DNA of 64,000 nt from a virus (IMGVR_UViG_3300047469_000103:192001-256000); one strand, 5' to 3'. Numbered from the stretch's first letter, positions 9,713 to 18,962 are shown. Translations and numbers: made by a program. The notes: generated by a model not told the origin, from the letters alone.

Positions 9713-10450
9713 TTAGGCGTTGGTTACTTTAACAACCAGCGGGCCGTAGGAAGCAGCGTCAGCAACAGGGGTCTGCATGACGATGACGTTTTCCAGAGTG
9801 GTGCCGGTGCCCGATGCGGTCAGACGACCGTCAACACCCAGTTTCGGATGTACTACAGCGGCCCAGTCGGTGCTGGCGTCGTAGAAAGTGGTAGCCAACG
9901 ATTCGGCGCGAGTGGTAACGCCAATGCGTTCTTGTTCGGTCGAAGCCAAACCGCCGATTTGCAGATCGCCCAGTACGGTGCGAGCTTCGGAAACGGTTGG
10001 TTCGTACATGAATTGAACGAACAATTCTTTACCGTTGTCACCCGGTACAGCAGGGTTTGCGCCTTCGGCAGCGGTGCCGAGGAAGAAATACAGTTTGGTG
10101 CCGACAAGTTGCACTTTGCCTTCAACCGGAGCGTTTGCAGAAATCGACAGAGTGTCGCCGCCAACTTGAACCAGAATTTGGCCGGTGATTGGCATGCGAG
10201 CCAGATCAACAACGCCGCTTTCTGGAACAACAACGCCGGAAACGATTTTCGGCAGGAAAGCAGGTGGGGAATTTCGGTTCAGTGCGAAACCGGCGAAGAT
10301 TTCACCGTTGGCGCCAGTCGAAGGACGAACATACGAACGACCGTTGACTTTAGTCCAGACCAGAGCAACGCCTTCTTCTTGAATGACGATACCCGGCTCA
10401 ACGTCACGGAATTCAGTGTTGAAAGTGCGAGTGTATTTTTGAACGAGCAT
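9713..10450 (-). CDS. Putative head decoration/stabilising protein
   Basis: 245 aa beta-rich protein (EEGVALV, GEIFAGFA) immediately upstream of the capsid gene. Confidence 0.5.
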   Translation of the reverse strand: MLVQKYTRTFNTEFRDVEPGIVIQEEGVALVWTKVNGRSYVRPSTGANGEIFAGFALNRNSPPAFLPKIVSGVVVPESGVVDLARMPITGQILVQVGGDTLSISANAPVEGKVQLVGTKLYFFLGTAAEGANPAVPGDNGKELFVQFMYEPTVSEARTVLGDLQIGGLASTEQERIGVTTRAESLATTFYDASTDWAAVVHPKLGVDGRLTASGTGTTLENVIVMQTPVADAASYGPLVVKVTNA

Positions 10451-10465
10451 GGAATTTCTCCAATT

Positions 10466-12346
10466 TTAATTGAATTTCAGACCGGCGAGTTTGGTCTGGA
10501 AAGAAGAAGGTTCGGCGGCCTGTGCAGAAGATGCAGTAGCTTCAAAACCTTGTGGCTTTTGTTGCACTTGTTGCGGACGTTCAACAGGGCGGCCAACGCT
10601 CATGGAAGAAGCGGTAGCAACATTCACTGGCTCAACGTCCATAACAGCTTGGGCCAGTTGGTTTTGCACAGTCAGATCGTATTTCAGAATTTCACTGGCT
10701 TTTGCAATGAGTTGTTTGTTGTACGCGTCGGAATGTTCACCGAATGCACGTTGCAGCAAATCATCGCCGCCGACGATGCCCAGTTCTTCCATAGTGGAAG
10801 CAATGGCAACGCGAATCGGGTTTTTCAGGTCTTTGAAGAAACCACCGTTAACGCCTTGTGCGGCGGTAGCGAGAGCAGCTTCAAAACGCGAGGCGTATTC
10901 GTTACCGTCACGCGAAGCAGCTTCTGCAATATTTGCAGTTTGTTCGCTTACTTGAGTGGCGATATTTGCAGCGACAACGGCGTCAACCGAAACAACCGGT
11001 TTGATTTCTTCGAAACGCAATTGTTCGATTGCAGCAGGAATGCCTTGCTCAGCAGCAACTGCTTTAAATGCGCGACCGAAATGCGCATCAGCAAAAGTAG
11101 CTGGATTTTCAGCAGCAGAAGCGATTGCTTTTGCGAAAGGAATACCATTGTGGAATGCAAGCCACGTTGGTTCGCCTTGAATGGTGCCAGCGAAGGCAAC
11201 TTCAACGGCGTCGTCTTTCATGTCAGTCGAAGCAATGGCAACGAAAGAAGCAGTGATTTCCACTTTTTCTGGCTCCACGGCAGCGGCAGCAGTAGCCACT
11301 TCTGGTTTAACTTCTTCGCCAGTTGCTACGGCAGAAGCAGTTGCAACTTCAGGAGTTTTTGCGACTTTTTGCTTGCGGCGAACGCCACCTTTTTTGGTGT
11401 CGGAAGCGAGCGAAAGCGACAGGTCTTCATCGTCGTCTTCTTCCTCTTCTTCCTCTTCCTCTTCGGAGTCGTCTTCTTCCTCTTCCTCTTCTTCGTCTTC
11501 TTCTTCGTCTTCGGTGTCGTCTTCTTCCTCTTCTTCCTCGTCGAAATCTTCGTCGGAGAAATCATCAGAAGCAGTAGCTTTTTCCTGTTCCGACATTACG
11601 TCAGCAGGATCAATCAAACCGCTCGAAGTTGCAGGGCAGAAAATCGGAGATTGGTCGCTGCAAACAATGTGCAGTTGACCATTTTCTTCGGTCGAAGCAG
11701 CAGTGGTCAAATAGTGTGCTTTCACTTGACCATTTTCCGATGCAACAGCAATTTGCGGAACGTAGTCAGCAACTGCGGTGGCTTCGGTGCCTTTGTAAAT
11801 GTCGAAATTCAGTGGCTGGTTAGAAATAACCATCACGTCATCGCATTGTGCGGCGAAGGTTTCGCACGCGCCGGTAGCCAGTGCGCGATAGGCTTGTGCA
11901 GCACCTTTACGCGAACTTGCAACAGCGAGCAGAATTTCCTTAACCGGTTTGCTTTGATTGGTTTTCAAGTCGGTGTCTTCCATTTGTGGTAACGCGGAAG
12001 CGCAGGACGGGCAATTTTGCAGAAGCTCTTCGCTATCCGCAAACACGTGAGAACCGCAACCCGAAGCACAAGCTTGATAAAATGCGTCCAAATCGCCATC
12101 GGCGGAAGCGGTCGCAACCATTTCGTGTTTTTCGTCTTCTGGTACAGCGACCATTTCTTCCCCATTAAGAGGATTCAAAAGCTGCATGCCAACAGTTTGT
12201 GCAGTAGCAATAGCGAATTCGCCATCTTTACTTTCCAATACCTGATAGCTACCAGAAGCAACAGCACGGAAATGATCCATTGCTTGTTCTTGAGTGTCGG
12301 CTGCCACGACGATCCCACGTAGGCGCGAGGTTCGTTTAATAGACAT
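10466..12346 (-). CDS. Putative scaffold/inner-head protein with long acidic tract
   Basis: Start trimmed to MSIKRT (GGGAG SD). Ala-rich, with a roughly 45-residue D/E tract, CxxxC/CPSC and many A-x-A-S motifs. Located in the head module. Confidence 0.55.
   Translation of the reverse strand: MSIKRTSRLRGIVVAADTQEQAMDHFRAVASGSYQVLESKDGEFAIATAQTVGMQLLNPLNGEEMVAVPEDEKHEMVATASADGDLDAFYQACASGCGSHVFADSEELLQNCPSCASALPQMEDTDLKTNQSKPVKEILLAVASSRKGAAQAYRALATGACETFAAQCDDVMVISNQPLNFDIYKGTEATAVADYVPQIAVASENGQVKAHYLTTAASTEENGQLHIVCSDQSPIFCPATSSGLIDPADVMSEQEKATASDDFSDEDFDEEEEEEDDTEDEEEDEEEEEEEDDSEEEEEEEEEDDDEDLSLSLASDTKKGGVRRKQKVAKTPEVATASAVATGEEVKPEVATAAAAVEPEKVEITASFVAIASTDMKDDAVEVAFAGTIQGEPTWLAFHNGIPFAKAIASAAENPATFADAHFGRAFKAVAAEQGIPAAIEQLRFEEIKPVVSVDAVVAANIATQVSEQTANIAEAASRDGNEYASRFEAALATAAQGVNGGFFKDLKNPIRVAIASTMEELGIVGGDDLLQRAFGEHSDAYNKQLIAKASEILKYDLTVQNQLAQAVMDVEPVNVATASSMSVGRPVERPQQVQQKPQGFEATASSAQAAEPSSFQTKLAGLKFN
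11423..11570 (-). repeat. Low-complexity GAA/GAG/GAC repeat encoding a poly-Glu/Asp tract
   Basis: Plus strand tcttcctcttcttcgtc-type units. Coordinates approximate. Confidence 0.9.
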
Positions 12347-12384
12347 GGTTAGCTCCCATAAGAGGCGTGGAATCAAACCCACAT

Positions 12385-12394
12385 TAAAAAATTA
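12385..12394 (-). promoter_or_regulatory. Putative late promoter TAATTTTTTA (head operon)
   Basis: Motif variant followed by hairpin GTGGG-TTTGAT-TCCAC. Confidence 0.5.
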
Positions 12395-12406
12395 ACAAAA
12401 ACAGAT

Positions 12407-12769
12407 TTAGATCAGTTTCAGGACAAAGCCGCGAACCTTTCGGCAAATGGCTTGGACGCTGGAATGAACCGTGCTGCCTTCATAGTTGATTACTTCGCCA
12501 TTAATGTTTGTTTCACCTCTATATTGCCAATCGGTTTCGCCGCGAACAAAGGCAATATATCCGGTGCCCATATCTGAAACGAAATCAATCTGTGCGCTAT
12601 GGTGAGGTTTACCCGCTCCAACGTGATCGTATTCAATCTCGTATTTAAGCATTCCCTTTCGAATCTCGGGAATGTCAGAAATATGCGACTTCAGATTGCG
12701 TAAATCAAATGATTGCGGCAGGTGCATGCTGTTTAATGGCGAGGCTGCTAGTGCAATTTGTACATCCAT
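12407..12769 (-). CDS. Hypothetical protein
   Basis: 120 aa ORF with AGGAG SD and an upstream TAATTTATAA motif. Confidence 0.75.
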   Translation of the reverse strand: MDVQIALAASPLNSMHLPQSFDLRNLKSHISDIPEIRKGMLKYEIEYDHVGAGKPHHSAQIDFVSDMGTGYIAFVRGETDWQYRGETNINGEVINYEGSTVHSSVQAICRKVRGFVLKLI

Positions 12770-12793
12770 ATAGCAGACTCCTAAACGCTACAG

Positions 12794-12803
12794 TTATAAA
12801 TTA
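12794..12803 (-). promoter_or_regulatory. Putative late promoter TAATTTATAA
   Basis: Identical to the 5853-5862 copy. Lies just after a terminator. Confidence 0.6.
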
Positions 12804-12824
12804 GCCCAAACAGAAATGCGGGCC

Positions 12825-12865
12825 AAAAAAAAAGCCCTAACCGGCGGGGGAACCGGAAAGGGCTT
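12825..12865 (-). terminator. Intrinsic terminator
   Basis: AAGCCCT-TT-CCGG-TTCCCCCG-CCGG-TT-AGGGCTT followed by T7. Confidence 0.85.
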
Positions 12866-12912
12866 AAAGTGGTAAAACACATATGGAGCGAATCAGCCTA
12901 CCCTAGTAAGCT
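12825..12912 (-). ncRNA. Candidate small RNA (about 88 nt)
   Basis: Promoter-like motif at 12915-12924, 5' hairpin AGCTTAC-TAGG-GTAGGCT, linker containing CTCC, then an intrinsic terminator. No SD-led ORF inside. Confidence 0.45.
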
Positions 12913-12914
12913 AA

Positions 12915-12924
12915 TATTAAATTA
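12915..12924 (-). promoter_or_regulatory. Putative late promoter TAATTTAATA
   Basis: Motif copy with a hairpin starting 12 nt downstream of its first T. Confidence 0.5.
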
Positions 12925-12998
12925 AGGTCTTTTTCAAACCCTATTAAAGCGTTTGTTTCGTTTAAATGTCCGGGCGAACGTCCATTCATTTATTCCTT

Positions 12999-13814
12999 TT
13001 AAATGTGCAATCCTTTTGGATCGAGAATGGTATCGCCAATAGCGGAAACATAAGAAGGATCGCCATAACCCGAACGATAACCATCAACGCCCGAACGCCC
13101 ACCAATGTTTTCCAGCAATGACAATTCAAAGCCGGTAATGTTTTCGCAACGACGATAAGCCAAACGACCATCCAGAAGTTTGTACGTCGGTTTACGCGGG
13201 CGGGTATGGCTGCAAGGGGAACCAACGCCTTTACCTGCTTGATGCGAACAAATAGAACATTTATAAGCACTATAAAACATGCCCATAGAATAAGTGTTCA
13301 ATTCGCGTTTCAATACACGAGCAACGCGCACCGGGTCGCGGGTACGATCCATTGCTGCCAGCATTACCAGTTTTTGCACACCTTCAAACGGCGTAGGGCG
13401 CATATAAGTACCGAGGATTAATCCCCGTACCCATTCAGGTTTGTGCTGGTGTTCAACATACATCGGGGCGCCTTCCCACGTTTTATATGCCATTTGTTTT
13501 TGATCGGCATTCCAACGCAGGAATTCCGCCAATGAAACCGAATCACCGTTTGTATTCGGAATATCGGTAATCATTGCAGGAACGGGAACCAGAATATAAT
13601 CGTTAATATCCTTGGAAAGCCCGTGGTATTCAGCAGCACGCGGCAACCAAATATTCGATTGCAACGTTTGCATTTCACCAGTACCAGAAACAGTACCGTT
13701 TACGGTAACAGAACCATCACCGTTTTTTGTAATGCCATGTAATTCAGTAGGCGCTAAAGGCGTGCCCATGCTGAATGCTGTTGCTTGAAACTGGTCGTCC
13801 ATATTGATTTCCAT
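12999..13814 (-). CDS. Putative prohead protease (HK97/herpes assemblin-like fold) with Zn-finger insertion
   Basis: Start trimmed to MEINMD (GGAGG SD). YVEHQH (His), TYSMG (Ser), CSIC..C.H and FELS motifs. Upstream of the scaffold and capsid genes. Confidence 0.6.
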   Translation of the reverse strand: MEINMDDQFQATAFSMGTPLAPTELHGITKNGDGSVTVNGTVSGTGEMQTLQSNIWLPRAAEYHGLSKDINDYILVPVPAMITDIPNTNGDSVSLAEFLRWNADQKQMAYKTWEGAPMYVEHQHKPEWVRGLILGTYMRPTPFEGVQKLVMLAAMDRTRDPVRVARVLKRELNTYSMGMFYSAYKCSICSHQAGKGVGSPCSHTRPRKPTYKLLDGRLAYRRCENITGFELSLLENIGGRSGVDGYRSGYGDPSYVSAIGDTILDPKGLHI

Positions 13815-14146
13815 TATTTGCCTCCAGTGTAGTGATCGCGCACCCATTGGCGGGCATCGGAAATCGACAATTGATTAGGGTTTTTTAGCGACAACAATCC
13901 TTCCTCACTTTGACTAACATGAACGTTCGGATTTTCTTCGTCGAATTCATGATCGTGTAAGAATGGATCGAATTGTTTATGGTGGAGTTTCGCAGTCCAC
14001 ATCGCCGTGGTTTGAGAGCGATCAACGCTTTCGTCATCCACGGCGGATATGGTGGCAATGCGTTTCTCCCCGTCGCAAACCCAAACATTTGTCCGTTCGT
14101 GCATTGGCAAATGTCTTTCTTCCGGGTCAGCAAGAAAAGTCAGCAT
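13814..14146 (-). CDS. Hypothetical protein
   Basis: Start trimmed to MLTFLAD (GAGGT SD). TAATG overlap with the next gene. Confidence 0.65.
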   Translation of the reverse strand: MLTFLADPEERHLPMHERTNVWVCDGEKRIATISAVDDESVDRSQTTAMWTAKLHHKQFDPFLHDHEFDEENPNVHVSQSEEGLLSLKNPNQLSISDARQWVRDHYTGGK

Positions 14147-14153
14147 AAATACC

Positions 14154-15620
14154 TCAGTCAGTGCTGTAATCGAAATCGCCGTCGTAACGAATGTAATAAC
14201 GATTGTCCACAGCGCCGATGCTGGCTTGCGCATTATCAGTTTCGAAGTGATAAACAGTGCGCTCGCCATCAGAGGTAGTGCTAGGCATAAATTCCATGCC
14301 AGTGAACAGCTTTTGCAACGCGGTAATTCCGCCGTGGCAATCGAACACAACGCCGTCACCACATTTTTCGTAGTTTTCGCACTGTGCAAGATTCAGCAGA
14401 TAGCGCAGAGATTCCAGCGCATTATCGGAAGCAGACGCAAACATTTCGTCACGACTTACTTGGAAATCACGTGCGGAATGATACTGCAAAATATCCGACA
14501 CTTGATCTACAATTAAATTAATGGTATCCGAATGATCGTCGTCACCATCGAACGAGGATGCAGCAGCTTTGTATCCCGATTTTCTGTGCATTTCAGCAGC
14601 GTGCCGCATTTTGCTATCGCGCCCGTTTACATCTTTAAGGAAGTCTTTATCTTCCGGCGTGATATTTTTGTCGCCATTGGCAATACGCTGTTTGATATCG
14701 GTGTGACGTTTACGCTCGGCAGAAGAGACACGGAATTTACCGGATTTCGCATCGTCCATAAACGAATCGTGATCGTCGCCGTCTTCGTCCAAATCTTCCG
14801 GTTTAACGCCCGCTGCTGCGGCTGCTTCTTTGCGTTCCCGTAGACGTTTCTTCTCACGCGCTTGACGCAATTCGTCAATGTCATCACGCAAGTTTTTACC
14901 GTGCTTAGAACCGGCCCACATATCGAACATTACTTTGCCGACAAGTACACCCAACGGCGCAGCGGCCATGCTGCAAGCCATAATCCCGGCACCAAACAAT
15001 GCCATTGTCGCCACACCGGCCAGCACCTTTTGCATTGCGTGCTTTTCAGTGGTCTTCATTTCATCAGGTTTTTTATCGCCGTTCATGAGGCTTTTAACAG
15101 CGTCCAAACCTTTGCGATACATAACCGGTTGTTTCGTCGCCTGCTGTTGCACGACAGTAGCGATTTCGGTTTTGTTCTTTTTAATCGTGTCGCTGGCTTC
15201 GCGCAGATGATCGTCTTTTACCTGATTCAACGCCGACAGACTTTGCGGATTAATTACCGCAACGTTTGCTTTATTGTAATCGGCAATATCACGACGCACC
15301 TTTGCAACTTCCATGCGTTTTGCGTGAACTTCTTTTGTGGACGGGAAGCGGTCGCCGCCATGCACCACAACTTCGTTCTTTTTGTTCGGCATTTTCGGTA
15401 CAAATGCACCGTTGAAATCATCCGCTTTTTCTTTCGAATCGCCACCCATAAGAAAGCGGTGGCTGGAATGCGGATAAAGTTTAATGTAGCGCTCACGTGC
15501 CGGTTTTGCCAGCTTCAGAAATTCGCCTTTACTCAGGCGTTTCCGCCATTGCGACATATCTTTAACTGGCGCACTGCCGGAGTCGTCATCTTTGAACGCC
15601 CACGCTAGAGAGATATACAT
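14154..15620 (-). CDS. Hypothetical protein with central hydrophobic segment
   Basis: Start trimmed to MYISLAW. Hydrophobic stretch VLAGVATMALFGAGIMACSMAAAPLGVLVG with charged flanks. Confidence 0.7.
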   Translation of the reverse strand: MYISLAWAFKDDDSGSAPVKDMSQWRKRLSKGEFLKLAKPARERYIKLYPHSSHRFLMGGDSKEKADDFNGAFVPKMPNKKNEVVVHGGDRFPSTKEVHAKRMEVAKVRRDIADYNKANVAVINPQSLSALNQVKDDHLREASDTIKKNKTEIATVVQQQATKQPVMYRKGLDAVKSLMNGDKKPDEMKTTEKHAMQKVLAGVATMALFGAGIMACSMAAAPLGVLVGKVMFDMWAGSKHGKNLRDDIDELRQAREKKRLRERKEAAAAAGVKPEDLDEDGDDHDSFMDDAKSGKFRVSSAERKRHTDIKQRIANGDKNITPEDKDFLKDVNGRDSKMRHAAEMHRKSGYKAAASSFDGDDDHSDTINLIVDQVSDILQYHSARDFQVSRDEMFASASDNALESLRYLLNLAQCENYEKCGDGVVFDCHGGITALQKLFTGMEFMPSTTSDGERTVYHFETDNAQASIGAVDNRYYIRYDGDFDYSTD

Positions 15621-16689
15621 AGAGAGCTTCCTGTACCGCCCGGTCGAGAATGGCGATATCGTTTGCAATGTTTTGAGGAATATTCCCGTCGTGCATTCGG
15701 ATCAAAATGTCTTTTTGTTCCTGTGCTGCGCGAAGGTTGCCCGTCTGCTGATAGCAAGCCATCAACATATGATTGCACCATGAACCGTGGTAAAACTTAT
15801 CCGAATAAATCATGTCGTATGTCGGGCGCTCTACCAACATGGCCGAACGCACATACGCAATGCAGTGTTCATACTGTTTGTGGTAGAAATAAAAGTCTGC
15901 CAATTCACAATATGGTTCACGAATATTGTTGCAGTATTGAACGGCCTGTCGGAACCACCATTCAGCCACTTCGTAATCGCTCGCCATTTGTGCAACACGG
16001 CGCGCACTTTCAGAACGAAATGGTGCGTATGTTTCCAATTCCATGTGTTGCTTGTACAGCATGTCGGCCATTGCAAAGTTCTTCAGCGCGAAATATTCCC
16101 GCGCCAAATACTGCACAGTACGCGCATCCTCGGGTTTTTCTTCGTAGCCCAACTTCAGCAAGTCGAGATAATGACCGGCTTGTTTTGGCGTCCCGTAATG
16201 CACGCAAAAGAACGGCAGAGTTACCGCTTTTTGTTCGACGTAGGGAACGCAGAGTTCATGCACAGGGTATTGCCATGCAGCGCTATCGCGGCGGTGTACG
16301 GCCAGACGTGGATAGGAAACGCGAACATTTCCGGCATCGTCGAAATCGTAAACCAGCGTGTAATTTGCGGCATCCATTTCATCGGTGAAATTCTCTTCGA
16401 TTGCAGCGCGCCAATCAGGTGACAGGCGTTCGTCGAAATCCAGAGAAACACACACGTCGAAATCATCAGGCACATAAGACAGTGCCTCATTACGTGCGCG
16501 GTCGAAACGGAATGTTTTAGAAGTGTGCATTTGATTTACATTTGCACCACCTTCCAAAAGCAGGCGAACAGTGTCGTCCTTGCTGCCGGTATCCAGAACA
16601 AAGATACCGTCTGCATCCTTAACGTTTTCCAACCAATCAGCAACGTTGGCTTGTTCGCTTTTCGCAATAGCGTACACGGCAATTTTCAT
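15586..16689 (-). CDS. Glycosyltransferase family 2 with C-terminal TPR-like repeats
   Basis: MKIAVYAIAK.E, VLDTGS.D.T, F.FD.ARNEAL, SLDFDERL (DxD), W.YPVHE, helical C-terminus. Confidence 0.88.
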   Translation of the reverse strand: MKIAVYAIAKSEQANVADWLENVKDADGIFVLDTGSKDDTVRLLLEGGANVNQMHTSKTFRFDRARNEALSYVPDDFDVCVSLDFDERLSPDWRAAIEENFTDEMDAANYTLVYDFDDAGNVRVSYPRLAVHRRDSAAWQYPVHELCVPYVEQKAVTLPFFCVHYGTPKQAGHYLDLLKLGYEEKPEDARTVQYLAREYFALKNFAMADMLYKQHMELETYAPFRSESARRVAQMASDYEVAEWWFRQAVQYCNNIREPYCELADFYFYHKQYEHCIAYVRSAMLVERPTYDMIYSDKFYHGSWCNHMLMACYQQTGNLRAAQEQKDILIRMHDGNIPQNIANDIAILDRAVQEALYVYLSSVGVQR

Positions 16690-16694
16690 GTGAA

Positions 16695-17018
16695 TTAAGC
16701 TCGCTTTTCTTCGTCAAGTACAACAACAGATTTGAGTACGCTGTCGATCAATTCCAGCGCCCCGTCGTCAGTAGCAGCAGCGGTCAATTGACGCGGCCAC
16801 TGCACTTTTTGGTAATGGCTGTCCGATTTAACATCGGAGATTCGCCACACGTCAGTTCGTTCAAGTGTTACAACTGCCAAACCTACGCGGCCACCGTAAA
16901 CCATAACGGAAACACGCGAGGGACAATCTTGTTTTTCGTGATGCTCCACGATCTTTACGTCTTGTTTCAGGCGACGCTGGTGAATTAAGTCGTGTACAAG
17001 TGTTGTGATATTTGGCAT
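16695..17018 (-). CDS. Hypothetical protein
   Basis: 107 aa ORF in operon context. Confidence 0.7.
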   Translation of the reverse strand: MPNITTLVHDLIHQRRLKQDVKIVEHHEKQDCPSRVSVMVYGGRVGLAVVTLERTDVWRISDVKSDSHYQKVQWPRQLTAAATDDGALELIDSVLKSVVVLDEEKRA

Positions 17019-17021
17019 GAG

Positions 17022-18962
17022 TTATATTCCATACTTCTTACGAAAACGGGCTAATGAGAGAACTGGTTTGTCAAGGGATTTCGCCTCTTTAGTCTTTTCG
17101 TTGGAAGCATTGTCGTCTTTCACGATCAGCAGAGTTGCCTGCTTAACCGTAGAGGCAATCTTCCCGCCGTTCGCGATAATCCATTCTTGCAATTGCTTGT
17201 CCCTTACGGACGTAAACAGAACAACTTGGCCATTCATTTTAGAACCGGTTACTTCCGCTTTTTCTGCTTGCGTCAGTTTGATTCCGTTGCGTTTGCAGAA
17301 CTTCAAAAACACACTGAAGTTTTCGGCAATTTGATGGGCCAGTTTATTGAATCCTTTGACCTTCGCGATACGGTCGGTCAATTCCGCTATCGACCAATCG
17401 CGGTCGAGTAAGTCAGGAATATCATCGACGATATATTGCAAACGTTTTTCCCCAATTCCTTCGCCAAAGGCAGCGGAACCCTGAGCCACGTTTTGGAAAG
17501 TCATTCGTGAGCGTGCATCGCGCAAAGCTTTGTAGAGTTTTGCCGCACTGGTATCTGCGCTGCGTGGCAACTGCTGCAAATCTTGCATCGTCATTTTCAT
17601 GATTTTCTTCACGGTGTCATAACCAGCATCAACGAGTTTTGTAACAACCCCTTGTTTAACGCCGTCAACTTCTAGCACCGTGAAAAAGTAAGACAGTTCC
17701 TTAATGGTTCGCAGATTCGATTTCTCGTCATGCACCACGCGGAAATGCACACCGTCAGCTTCCCGCTCAAACGGGCCGGGCGGCATGCTAGCTTTCTTCG
17801 CACCTTTAACGACTTCCATAATGTACGGAATTACATCGCCGGAACGAACAGCTTTAATAACTGTGCCCTTGTTAATTGGGCGTGCTGCATATGGAGCTTT
17901 TTCTTTCGGCTTTGGTTTGAGATAACCATGCTCGATGTAATACGCGTTATGTCCGGTAAACCACGAGACTTCAACGCCGCCGATAATGGTCGGTTCGATT
18001 GTAATTCGCGGGAACCATTTTCCGTAACGAGTTTCTTCCCACACAACATCCTTGACGACCAATTCAATTGCGTTCGCCAGACTGTTGATTTTAAATGCGT
18101 AGGCATGGGTCGGATAACCCGCCGTCACTTTGTAGGATTTGTTCTGCGTTACCACAACGCCGTCAATATCCCGGCCAGCTTCTTTCTTCCGCTGATCGTG
18201 ATACTTTTCTAGAATTTCTGGCGTGATTTTCTTCACGACAATGTACGGCACAACGTCGAAACCGTATTGTTCAAGTTTCAGCAGTTGGTTTTCCAGTGGG
18301 CCACCAGCGGTAATGCCCTTCAGGATTTCGTAGCAAACAACACGGAACTTTTTCATGTTCACGTGTGCTTCATTTCGGTTCAACAAACCACCGGCCATGT
18401 TACGGCTGGTTTTGAAATCGGCTGCAAAGTGTTTGAGGAACACGGCTTTATCAGCAGTGAATTCCGCACGCACAATAAAGCGACCTTTGTACGCAATCTT
18501 TTTCGGAATGCGCAGATACGGAATGGACTTCGAAACATCCTTACCGACCGTACCTTCTTTGCCGCGAGTTGTCACGAGAACAGGCACGCCCCCGTCATAT
18601 GTAATCGACAGGGAAATACCGTCTTCTTTATCCGACAAAACATACGACGTTGCTTTCATGAAAGACAACTGGCGTGCCGGGGAAATAGTGCGGAATTTAT
18701 CCAGACTAGCCATCGGCACTTCCAGTTTAATGTCGGCGTTTTTCACACCACCGACACTTTTAGCAGTCTTCTTTTTCTTGGAAATCGACCAACGATAATC
18801 GTCCATGATATCGTAGGTTTCATCACCAACAACTTCCACGCCGTCACGGTAGCGGTCGTCGAGTTCCTGCAATACGGCATTCAACTGAGTAAGCGTTAAT
18901 CCTTTCGCAAAATCTAGAGGGTTGCGGCGCATTGCCCGCTTCTGTTCCAGCGTGAATTTCAT
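17022..18962 (-). CDS. ligA: NAD-dependent DNA ligase
   Basis: KEDG adenylation motif, TTRG..G..G.D, IVRAE, SRNMAGG, DIDGVVV, AYAFK, VRSGDVIPYI, helix-hairpin-helix and C-terminal BRCT-like region. Confidence 0.95.
   Translation of the reverse strand: MKFTLEQKRAMRRNPLDFAKGLTLTQLNAVLQELDDRYRDGVEVVGDETYDIMDDYRWSISKKKKTAKSVGGVKNADIKLEVPMASLDKFRTISPARQLSFMKATSYVLSDKEDGISLSITYDGGVPVLVTTRGKEGTVGKDVSKSIPYLRIPKKIAYKGRFIVRAEFTADKAVFLKHFAADFKTSRNMAGGLLNRNEAHVNMKKFRVVCYEILKGITAGGPLENQLLKLEQYGFDVVPYIVVKKITPEILEKYHDQRKKEAGRDIDGVVVTQNKSYKVTAGYPTHAYAFKINSLANAIELVVKDVVWEETRYGKWFPRITIEPTIIGGVEVSWFTGHNAYYIEHGYLKPKPKEKAPYAARPINKGTVIKAVRSGDVIPYIMEVVKGAKKASMPPGPFEREADGVHFRVVHDEKSNLRTIKELSYFFTVLEVDGVKQGVVTKLVDAGYDTVKKIMKMTMQDLQQLPRSADTSAAKLYKALRDARSRMTFQNVAQGSAAFGEGIGEKRLQYIVDDIPDLLDRDWSIAELTDRIAKVKGFNKLAHQIAENFSVFLKFCKRNGIKLTQAEKAEVTGSKMNGQVVLFTSVRDKQLQEWIIANGGKIASTVKQATLLIVKDDNASNEKTKEAKSLDKPVLSLARFRKKYGI

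Noticed and set aside
12825-12912. tRNA in the structured intergenic region
   Set aside because: No cloverleaf, T-loop consensus or acceptor stem on either strand.
12903-12989. 28-codon ORF MNGRSPGHLNETNALIGFEKDLNLILAY after the protease stop
   Set aside because: The AAGGA is only 4 nt from the ATG, the ORF runs across the promoter motif, and it has no recognisable feature. Not excluded, but too weak to call.
12986-13270. 94 aa minus-strand ORF overlapping the protease gene, and similar short nested ORFs
   Set aside because: Alternative-frame shadows of well-supported genes, without an SD or motifs.
14511-14520. Additional TAATTTAATT copy
   Set aside because: It lies inside a coding region (Ile-Asn-Leu-Ile codons), with no convincing downstream hairpin or nearby gene start.
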